IMG/VR virus record: IMGVR_UViG_3300045988_183727
DNA from: a virus
DNA length: 64,000 nt
Strand: one strand, 5' to 3'
The notes under the pieces are model-generated. The model did not search any database and was not told the DNA's origin. It saw only the letters and a list, made by a program, of their open reading frames with translations. The position numbers and the translations under genes were made by a program. Shown piece by piece: positions 43,440 to 50,663 of the stretch. Position 1 is the stretch's first letter; every line of letters begins with the position of its first letter.

Positions 43440-44610
43440 ACCTTATTTCCTCGGAGTATTGTGCCATCCAGCAGTCGCAAAGGGCTTCCGCTACGACCTC
43501 ACTTCTATCGTTATCGTCAGAAATCATCAGGATTGAAGAAAGGGCTGACCGCATACCTTCATCGAGCGTAAACTCCCTCTCGTTTCCACTTTTATCTGGG
43601 ACATTTGTTCGAGCAAGCAGCGTCGAATATTTCGTATAATCGGGGGAAATGAAATAGTCCACAGCCGTGTCGAGTCCAATACTCAGCATCATAAGATTGC
43701 CGGTCGTTCCCATTGGTTCTTTCTTTCCGGACTTCTTCTCCGGTCTCATAAGAGTTCCGTTCTTGTCAAAGAATATTGCCCTATCTGACTTTTCAAATGT
43801 GTCTACAGGAACGCTAAAGCATCTGATTGCCATGTTCTTAAAAGGAGCACTGGCGTCTTCGCCGAACAGTGAGGAAGCATTACAGCAGTCATTTTCCATC
43901 TTCTCGTTAAGCCGCTTTATATAAAGCTCCTGAAAATCAATGGGAGCACCTGCGCTGTCCGCGTATACGTAGTTTTCTGGCTTTTTGCCGTCTGCCGTTT
44001 CCCTTACCATGTACTGCTCGTACTGCTTGCACATTTCTTTAATCTTAACTTGTATCCGCAAGGAATCGGAAAACGGAACTGCTGAGATTTGGGAGAAAAG
44101 GGAGGAGTAGTTGTGAGGGAGGTGGATGGGCGCACACTCATCTCCGAATAAGACTTTTTCGCAGGACTTGTCAAGGAAAAAGTATGAGGTTTTGTAAAGA
44201 CCTTCAACAGACGCATAAAACCCTTCAGGCAGCCGTCGCGTCTGCTTGCCGTCTGCTGGAGGCGAAATGCGTAACTCAAACGGGCCCACAGAGGTAAGCG
44301 CACCGTCCTCAGGCTCCTTGAGGCGCGACATTTTAGTTGCGTCCATGCCGATTTCTGCGCCAATTTGCTTCACATTCCATTCTCCATAGACACGTGGCAT
44401 TTTGGTAATGGCAAACAGCTCTTCGTACACTCTCGCGGAAACAAGCCTGCGTACCAAAGTGAGCTCATCGCTGAATTCGGCATATATTCCGAGCATTTCC
44501 TTGTAATTCAATTTTTCCGACTTCTCGGCGGAAGAGAACCGCGTATTGAGTTTTGTCGCCCATTTATTGCAGTCGATATATGCGTTGACTGCACTATCCT
44601 TTTTTCTCAT
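43438..44610 (-). CDS. Hypothetical protein (390 aa) with a possible HTH
   Basis: ATG with translational coupling to the upstream gene. VKQIGAEIGMDATKMSRL is HTH-like. The stretch is visibly AT-richer. Confidence 0.65.
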   Translation of the reverse strand: MRKKDSAVNAYIDCNKWATKLNTRFSSAEKSEKLNYKEMLGIYAEFSDELTLVRRLVSARVYEELFAITKMPRVYGEWNVKQIGAEIGMDATKMSRLKEPEDGALTSVGPFELRISPPADGKQTRRLPEGFYASVEGLYKTSYFFLDKSCEKVLFGDECAPIHLPHNYSSLFSQISAVPFSDSLRIQVKIKEMCKQYEQYMVRETADGKKPENYVYADSAGAPIDFQELYIKRLNEKMENDCCNASSLFGEDASAPFKNMAIRCFSVPVDTFEKSDRAIFFDKNGTLMRPEKKSGKKEPMGTTGNLMMLSIGLDTAVDYFISPDYTKYSTLLARTNVPDKSGNEREFTLDEGMRSALSSILMISDDNDRSEVVAEALCDCWMAQYSEEIR

Positions 44611-45575
44611 TTGTTTTCCTCCTTAAAGTGTTCAAGTCTTTCGGAAAACTTTTGCAGCGCTTTTCTAAACTCAATTTTGCAGGTGGTTGACATGAAATAA
44701 TAGGCGGAAACAATATCTTCTGTCGTAGAGTTTTTCGCATAAAGTCGCATTGTGCTTGGCATCCCCATGAGCCAGTGTAAAGAGACGCCAAAGGCAGCCG
44801 CTATATGCGGCAGAATTCTTTCGTTGCTTGTGGAGCAGGAGGGTCTCACCAACATGATATTCGCCAACTCGTGAATGACATCCTTTTGTTTATCATCTAA
44901 TTCAAAATTGCCTTTTCCGGACTGAATCAATTCATCCAAATCGAGAATATCCTGTCGCTTAAATGAACATCTGTGGGAAAAAACGTACTGTACTCGCGCA
45001 GAAGGGCGCAGCAATAAGCTGCGTTTTTTATCATCCCAGAATTGATGTATCCACATCGTATCAATCATGCCGAGAGCGGACTCTCTTATGCATCCGTCTC
45101 TTATCGTTTCTGGAAAGCTATCTACAAGATTATAGACTTCTTGAACATCTGGCGGTAGGCTGCTGAAAGCTGGAAAGTTTTTATCTCCGAATCGAATCAT
45201 TTCCTCGTAAGATATGTCCAACTCGGCAAGAATCCGAAAAACGATTTGCCAGTTAAATCCCTGCCAGCCTATAAATCGCTGTGTTTCTCCGTTTGTAACG
45301 GGAGTTTTATCAAATAAAAGGGCTGGCAGCTTTTCTTCTGGACAATTAAGCTGTTCGGCTAACCGCAGCTTTTTCATTTCTGCCCTGTATGGCGTGGTGT
45401 CTGTGATAATGTTGTTTACTCTTGCCATGTTGCCTGCATCCTCCGCAATTCTTAATTTGCGGAGGAGCAGGACTATAGAGGTATAGACAGTTGTTGAGAC
45501 GTTTTCTCCGTACCTTATATCGTCTCCAGCTCGTGCCGGCTTTGTAGGATTTGTTCTTTTATAAATAGCACTCAT
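44607..45575 (-). CDS. Hypothetical protein (322 aa) with XRE-like HTH segments
   Basis: ILPHIAAAFGVSLHWLMG and FRILAELDISYEEMIRFG are HTH-like. Overlaps the recG stop. Confidence 0.65.
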   Translation of the reverse strand: MSAIYKRTNPTKPARAGDDIRYGENVSTTVYTSIVLLLRKLRIAEDAGNMARVNNIITDTTPYRAEMKKLRLAEQLNCPEEKLPALLFDKTPVTNGETQRFIGWQGFNWQIVFRILAELDISYEEMIRFGDKNFPAFSSLPPDVQEVYNLVDSFPETIRDGCIRESALGMIDTMWIHQFWDDKKRSLLLRPSARVQYVFSHRCSFKRQDILDLDELIQSGKGNFELDDKQKDVIHELANIMLVRPSCSTSNERILPHIAAAFGVSLHWLMGMPSTMRLYAKNSTTEDIVSAYYFMSTTCKIEFRKALQKFSERLEHFKEENK

Positions 45576-47647
45576 TTTCTTGATGCCTCCTTTGCGGTAT
45601 TGTCGGTCTCCTGACCTCCCGCGATTATGGAATCGACCATTTTGCAGGAACCTTTTCCTCTGTTCAAAAGTGTCTTTGCGTCCTCCTTTGCCTGTTCGTA
45701 CTCAGCGGGGTATGCCATCATAAGGGTCATATATCGGTTCCATCCGGATTGTTCTGTGCCGAGGAAATCTCCGGCACCTCTAATGCGGAGGTCCGCCTCT
45801 GCAATTTCAAACCCGTTATTGGTCTGTACCATGGCGTTCAGTCTCTCCATCGCAGCCGGCGTGGGCGACGCGCCTGCTTCCAGCACACAATAGGACTGTA
45901 CGCTGCTCCGCCCTACACGCCCTCTCAACTGGTGCAGACTGGAAAGCCCGAAACGGTCCGCGTTTACAATGACCATCATTGTCGCGGTAGGGACATTTAC
46001 GCCAACCTCCACAACGGTTGTACTGACAAGCACATCTACTTGACCATCCTTGAATCGCGAGAGAATGTCCTCCGTTTCTGTCTTTCCCATCTTGCCTGTT
46101 ACTGTTTCGATGCGGACGCCATACGGCTCCAGAACAGAACGGTATTCTGCGCTGACCTCCTCGACAGACTGTACGCCTTCCAGTTTTTCGCTTCTATCAA
46201 TAAGCGGACAGACAACATAGGTTTGATACCCCTTTTGTTTCTGCAGCAGAATGAAGCGAAAGATTTTTTCTTTACTTGTGGCAATACCGGTAATAACTGG
46301 AAGACGTCCGTCCGGCATCGTTTTAATGGTGTGGAGCTGCACGGTATCCCCATAAATTACCTGAGCCAGACTGCGGGGGATGGGGGTGGCAGACATAGTA
46401 ATAGAATGAACACCGCCTGAAGCCTTTTCGATGAGCGCTGTACGCTGGTCAACGCCAAACTTGTGTTCCTCATCCGTTACGGTTAAGGCGAGATTTTTAT
46501 ACTCCACATCTTCTCCAATGATGGACTGTGTTCCAACAATGAGCTGTGCCTTGCCTTCCTTGATGGCGGCCAAGGCTTTTTTCTTTTCGCTCGTCTTCAA
46601 ATCGCTGCCAAGCCAAACAACACTTACGTCAAACGGTTCCGCCAGAGCAGAGAGGTCCTCGTAGTGCTGACGCGCCAACACCAGCGTTGGAGCCATCACC
46701 GCTGCCTGATACCCATTCTCAGCCATGGTCATCATAAGGCAAAAGGCAACGATGCTCTTTCCACAACCGACATCACCCTGCACAAGCGCGTTGATGCGAT
46801 GCCCGTCTGCTGCAAATTGAGTCATGCTCTCAATCGCGTCCATCTGGTCTTTTGTGAGAGAATAGGGCAGGGACTTCTTAATCTTTTCAATCCAGCCGTT
46901 TGTTTTGACGGAGAATTGGCTACCTTTAGAAATCTTTCGTGCGGCCCATTCGTTAGCCATAGCAAAATATACGAGGTCTTCCTGAAGGAGTCGGGATTGA
47001 CCATCCTTAATATCCTGCTCGGAAACGGGGAAGTGCAGCTTCTTGAGTGAAGTCCAAAGGCTTGAAAGACCTTTTTTGTCGAGGAAATCATTGGGAAGCG
47101 TTTCAATAAGTCCGATAGTTCTGTCGGAAGCCTCCTGAATCTTTTCTCTCAGGTAGGCATCGCTCACGCCTCCGATTTGAGCGTACACAGGACGAATGCC
47201 CGGTGCCTGCCCATAGGCAGGCTCGAAAATCTCCGGTGCCGTCATGGTGTAGTTGTTGTATTTCTCGCTGTATCCGACCTTTCCAGCCACATAAACCTCC
47301 TGCCCTGTGCAAGTGGAAATCTTGCGGAAGAGGTAGTTTTGCCGGAACCATGTAATAACGAGTTTTTCTCCGCTTGGAAGCACCGTGCAGTGTGCGATAA
47401 TCATAGGGACATGAGAGGAAGTCTGCACATAAGAACCCTTATAGCGCAGTTCTTGGCCGAAGGACTTCACTTCGTCTACACGTACAAGACAAGCCTGCTC
47501 CGCACCATCTATGAGATGCGTTGCAAGCTGCCGGTAGTCCTTATAGCTTTTTGGGATATAACGCAGAAGGTCTTCTGCTGAGTGGATACCTTTTTTCTCG
47601 AAACGCTTTTCCTTTTGTGCGTTTACTCCAATGACGGATAGCTTCAT
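45572..47647 (-). CDS. recG: ATP-dependent DNA helicase RecG
   Basis: Wedge domain plus SF2 helicase: GDVGCGKS (Walker A), VTDEEHKFGV (DEEH), QLRGRVGR. The internal ATG at 47647 follows ggaggtgagaacatat. Confidence 0.9.
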   Translation of the reverse strand: MKLSVIGVNAQKEKRFEKKGIHSAEDLLRYIPKSYKDYRQLATHLIDGAEQACLVRVDEVKSFGQELRYKGSYVQTSSHVPMIIAHCTVLPSGEKLVITWFRQNYLFRKISTCTGQEVYVAGKVGYSEKYNNYTMTAPEIFEPAYGQAPGIRPVYAQIGGVSDAYLREKIQEASDRTIGLIETLPNDFLDKKGLSSLWTSLKKLHFPVSEQDIKDGQSRLLQEDLVYFAMANEWAARKISKGSQFSVKTNGWIEKIKKSLPYSLTKDQMDAIESMTQFAADGHRINALVQGDVGCGKSIVAFCLMMTMAENGYQAAVMAPTLVLARQHYEDLSALAEPFDVSVVWLGSDLKTSEKKKALAAIKEGKAQLIVGTQSIIGEDVEYKNLALTVTDEEHKFGVDQRTALIEKASGGVHSITMSATPIPRSLAQVIYGDTVQLHTIKTMPDGRLPVITGIATSKEKIFRFILLQKQKGYQTYVVCPLIDRSEKLEGVQSVEEVSAEYRSVLEPYGVRIETVTGKMGKTETEDILSRFKDGQVDVLVSTTVVEVGVNVPTATMMVIVNADRFGLSSLHQLRGRVGRSSVQSYCVLEAGASPTPAAMERLNAMVQTNNGFEIAEADLRIRGAGDFLGTEQSGWNRYMTLMMAYPAEYEQAKEDAKTLLNRGKGSCKMVDSIIAGGQETDNTAKEASRK

Positions 47648-47770
47648 ATATGTTCTCACCTCCGTGTGGTGGGAAAATGTTAGGGTGTCGGGGTGCTTTT
47701 CGTGAACTACTCGGCAATAAATCACCGAGGATTCTTGCTTACTTCTTATAAAGAGGGCTTACACACCCTT

Positions 47771-47800
47771 ATTATAAACACGAACATAAAATTTTGTCAA
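47771..47800 (-). promoter_or_regulatory. Promoter of the recG operon (conserved family)
   Basis: The minus strand reads cTTGACAAAATTTTATGTTCGTGTTTATAAT. Confidence 0.7.
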
Positions 47801-47960
47801 GTGTGTTAGAGAGAAAATTTACTGGATGTCAACCTTTTTTCTTTTGCATATTCGTTATTATTGCCAACTATTTTTCCGTAAAATACAGCTTGCTTTAGTT
47901 TGCGCGGCACGCTTTGCGGCGTATAAACTCGCGGTATAGCTTTTTTTTCTGATAATTAGA

Positions 47961-47989
47961 CTTGACATTTTTATATGTTCGTGTTAGTA
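47961..47989 (+). promoter_or_regulatory. Promoter of the conserved family driving the leader and tRNA cluster
   Basis: cTTGACATTTTTATATGTTCGTGTTAGTAT. Divergent from the recG promoter. Confidence 0.7.
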
Positions 47990-48300
47990 TAACAGCGTGG
48001 ACAGGGCAAGAAAGGCTCGTTCGAAGGGCTCGTGCCTAAAATGACAATATTCTTGCGATTGTAAGAATAAGCGCCTAAATTGCCCGTCCCGTTTTCTTCT
48101 TTCTTTAATTACACTCATAAGCACAATAAAGTCAGCTCCCTGAGGGAAGTGTGCGGGAGTTGCTTCGACTTTCGCGTTGTTCTCCATGCGGGGAGGTTCT
48201 GGCGGTTCGAGTCCGCACGACGCGCCTTCTGTTTTCGCTGCTTCTATCTTCACCTCCGTCTTTTTAACGAGCAGCGGACACAGAAACATCTCTCAATATG

Positions 48301-48379
48301 ATAGCGTAGCATAACTGGTAATGCCGTACCTCTCTCACAGGTAACGATATGTTGGTTCAACTCCAGCCGCTATTGCCAG
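48301..48379 (+). tRNA. Atypical tRNA-like gene, probable anticodon CTC (Glu), CCA encoded
   Basis: Acceptor GATAGCG/CGCTATT, D-arm GCAT-AACTGGTA-ATGC, anticodon stem TACCT/AGGTA with loop CTCTCAC, T-arm GTTGG-TTCAACT-CCAGC. There is one extra nt between the D and anticodon stems and a 7-nt variable loop. Confidence 0.5.
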
Positions 48380-48484
48380 CCGGCGTTCTACCCACCCCGC
48401 CGACATCAACTCTCTTCGGCGCTGGCGGCCTCCGTGCAGACGGGATTACACGTGATAAGCGGAGGCTGCCAGCACCACCAAAAT

Positions 48485-48560
48485 GCTGGTGTAGCTCAGT
48501 AGGCAGAGCGGCGCACTCGTAACGCGCAGGTCGTGGGTTCGACCCCCACCGTCAGCTCCA
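48485..48560 (+). tRNA. tRNA-Thr (anticodon CGT), CCA encoded
   Basis: GCTGGTG...TAGCTCAGTAGG...anticodon loop CTCGTAA...GGTTCGACCCC...CGTCAGC-T-CCA. Confidence 0.85.
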
Positions 48561-48652
48561 TTCCATACTCATTCTCCTTCAAGTGAAGCCCCCGTGTAAC
48601 AGGTCTTTTGAAAAGTGCTTTCAGCCTCGTTGTGCGGGGGCTTCACGACTAT

Positions 48653-48728
48653 GCTGATGTAGCTCAGTTGGCAGAGCGGCGGATTTGTAAACCGCAGGTC
48701 GGGGGTTCAAGGCCCTCCATCAGCTCCA
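48653..48728 (+). tRNA. tRNA-Thr (anticodon TGT), CCA encoded
   Basis: GCTGATG TAGCTCAGTTGG...anticodon loop TTTGTAA...GGTTCAAGGCC...CATCAGC-T-CCA. Confidence 0.85.
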
Positions 48729-48763
48729 TTAAAACCATGTGCTTTTGTGGTGTTTTTATATGC

Positions 48764-48840
48764 GCGGATGTCGTCTAATTTGGTGAGACACCAGCCTTCC
48801 AAGCTGGTCATTGCGGGTTCGAGTCCCGTCGTCCGCTCCA
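48764..48840 (+). tRNA. tRNA-Gly (anticodon TCC), CCA encoded
   Basis: GCGGATG...anticodon stem CCAGC/GCTGG with loop CTTCCAA...GGTTCGAGTCC...CGTCCGC-T-CCA. Confidence 0.85.
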
Positions 48841-48867
48841 AGGACACCGTAAAGTGTGTCCTTTTTT
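48841..48867 (+). terminator. Rho-independent terminator after the tRNA cluster
   Basis: aggacac cgtaaagt gtgtcct followed by T6. Confidence 0.8.
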
Positions 48868-49229
48868 CTTTATCTGCTTATTTGTCCTGTGTTTTTCGGA
48901 CAACATCGGTGAGCGCAAAAGTCGCCTGAAGCGTGAGAAGCGAGCTGCCTGCATCTGTTTTGCGGGCGGTGGCGTGATAAGGGTGAAACTCTGCGCTTTC
49001 AGTAGCCGTAAGCAGGTGAGCAAAAGTCTCTGCGAACGCCTGCATGGTTCGCGGGACAAGGGAAGCCGGAAAAATAAGTAAACGCGGGCCGAGCGCAGAG
49101 GTTGTTGGCGTATTCCAGACGTGGGTGCTGCCTTTTATGCTGTGCTTGTTTGCGTGGGGTCCGGTGTTCTCGCAGTCTGGATGGTTGCTGCGAGAGGTGC
49201 CAAAACTTATTGCGAAAGGACGGAGTTCT

Positions 49230-50288
49230 ATGCCAACTACATTTCAAGCGTTTAAGTATCGCATTTACCCGACTGATGAGCAGGTCGAAATCATTGAAAA
49301 GACTTTCAAGTGCTGCCGGTTTGTGTGGAACCATTTCCTTGAGCGAACCTCCAAAATCTATGACCGTCGGCAGGAAAAGATGACGACCTTCGACTGTATG
49401 AAGGTTCTCACGGAGATGCGGGAGCGCTGGCCTTGGCTTGCGGACTGCGGCTGTACGGCAGAGAGATATGCCATCATTGATTTGTTTGAGGCGCGAAAGG
49501 CGTTCTTCCGCCGCATTAAAGCGGGGGAGAAGCCCGGTTATCCCAAATTTAAGGGCGCGTCCCATCCGACACAGAGTTTTACGACCGCTGGTACTATCTA
49601 TGTGACGGACGATTACATTCAGGTTCCGTTTGGAGGACAGTATCAGAAAATCAACAAGCTCAGGCGAGGGACGGGGCGCCCCATCGAAGGGTCTCCCCGC
49701 GAGGTCACTATTTCTCGGTCTGCTACCGGAAAATACTGGGCATCTGTCTGCTGTAAAGTAGAGCGAGACACGCTGCCTATTGTGGACGGCGAGGTGGGAA
49801 TCAGTCTCGGCCTGAAGGAGTTGGCTATTGACAGCAACGGCGTTCACTATGAGAACCCGAAGCATCTGAGCAAGTCTGCAAAGCGGTTGGCACGTGAGCA
49901 GCGGCGTCTATCCCGCAAGAAGAAGGGCTCTGTCAACTACGAGAAGCAGCGGCGCAAGGTAGCCGGCGTCCATGAGCATATTGCCAATCAGCGCAATGAC
50001 TACCGGCATAAAATCAGCCGTGAACTTGTCAACGCAAACCAGCTTATTGCCGTTGAGAAGGTGGCCGTTAAGCCCTTAGTTGAGGGCAATGAGCAGGCTA
50101 AAAGCATCCTCGATGCCGGCTGGTCTGAACTTACCGGTATGATAAAGTATAAGGCGGACTGGGCTGGACGCACTCTGGTGGACGTAGATACCGCCACCGT
50201 AGCACCGGAAGCCAAGCATGATGAGGCACTGGCACAGGTCGTGCTGTCCGAAGGTCAGCGCATGGCTTCCGAGCAGAAGCCTGCCTAA
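49230..50288 (+). CDS. TnpB-like protein, predicted nuclease-dead and C-terminally truncated (TldR-like); could alternatively be a decaying tnpB
   Basis: N-terminal FKYRIYPTDEQ (OrfB/TnpB). RuvC-I reads VGISLGLK where the family consensus has GIDLG (D to S). RuvC-II has IAVEKV. The ORF stops after KADWAGRTLVDVD, before the zinc finger and RuvC-III. ATG at 49230 follows aaaggacgg. Confidence 0.8.
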   Translation: MPTTFQAFKYRIYPTDEQVEIIEKTFKCCRFVWNHFLERTSKIYDRRQEKMTTFDCMKVLTEMRERWPWLADCGCTAERYAIIDLFEARKAFFRRIKAGEKPGYPKFKGASHPTQSFTTAGTIYVTDDYIQVPFGGQYQKINKLRRGTGRPIEGSPREVTISRSATGKYWASVCCKVERDTLPIVDGEVGISLGLKELAIDSNGVHYENPKHLSKSAKRLAREQRRLSRKKKGSVNYEKQRRKVAGVHEHIANQRNDYRHKISRELVNANQLIAVEKVAVKPLVEGNEQAKSILDAGWSELTGMIKYKADWAGRTLVDVDTATVAPEAKHDEALAQVVLSEGQRMASEQKPA

Positions 50289-50303
50289 AGCCGAGCGAGG
50301 AAA

Positions 50304-50322
50304 GTGTGCAATGATTGCACAC
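50304..50322. repeat. Palindrome GTGTGCAATGATTGCACAC (second copy)
   Basis: Identical to 20099-20117. It lies between the tnpB-like stop and scaffold C. Confidence 0.8.
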
Positions 50323-50344
50323 ATTGCCAAGGAAATAAAAACGA

Positions 50345-50473
50345 GTACGGACGGTATAGCCGGAATTAACGCCTGTGGAGATGCATGGTCGTCGTGGAAG
50401 CAGGAATACTCTGTTGGCTGGTAGTCACGTGAGAGGTGGCACCAGCGCTTTGGGGAACTGAATACCTGTGCTG
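50345..50473 (+). ncRNA. Omega-RNA-like scaffold, copy C (cognate position 57 nt downstream of the TnpB-like gene)
   Basis: Same family as A, B, D and E. Central hairpin GCTGG-TAG-TCAC-GTGAGAG-GTGG-CA-CCAGC, ending GGGGAAC plus TGAATACCTGTGCTGG. Confidence 0.75.
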
Positions 50474-50563
50474 GGTATACACCACCCGGAAATAACAGGG
50501 TTGTATACCAATTCATGGCGTCTCCTTTTGGTATACACCACCCGGAAATAACAGGGTTTTACC
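50474..50563 (+). repeat. Hairpin-repeat mini-array C (2 repeats, 20-nt spacer)
   Basis: Repeats at 50474-50509 and 50530-50563. The spacer is AATTCATGGCGTCTCCTTTT. Confidence 0.7.
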
Positions 50564-50663
50564 ATTCGTAATTATAGTTCTTCCCTCCGCTGTGTGGAGC
50601 GTTTTGTCGAAATGACAAAACATTCCTCTTAAATTCTTAAAAACAAGAAAGGAAATAAAGAAT

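Noticed and set aside
48150-48232. A tRNA or tmRNA gene upstream of the tRNA cluster (GGTTCGAGTCC T-loop with an acceptor-like helix)
   Set aside because: Only about 21 nt lie between the acceptor and T stems, with no D arm or 7-nt anticodon loop. There is no tmRNA-like 5' GGGG / 3' CCACCA pairing or tag reading frame. I kept it only as a note within the tRNA-region finding.
49044-49229. A longer 414-aa version of the TnpB-like ORF starting at 49044
   Set aside because: The extra 62 residues have no similarity to TnpB N-termini, which begin near FKYRIYP. The ATG at 49230 has an RBS-like aaaggacgg.
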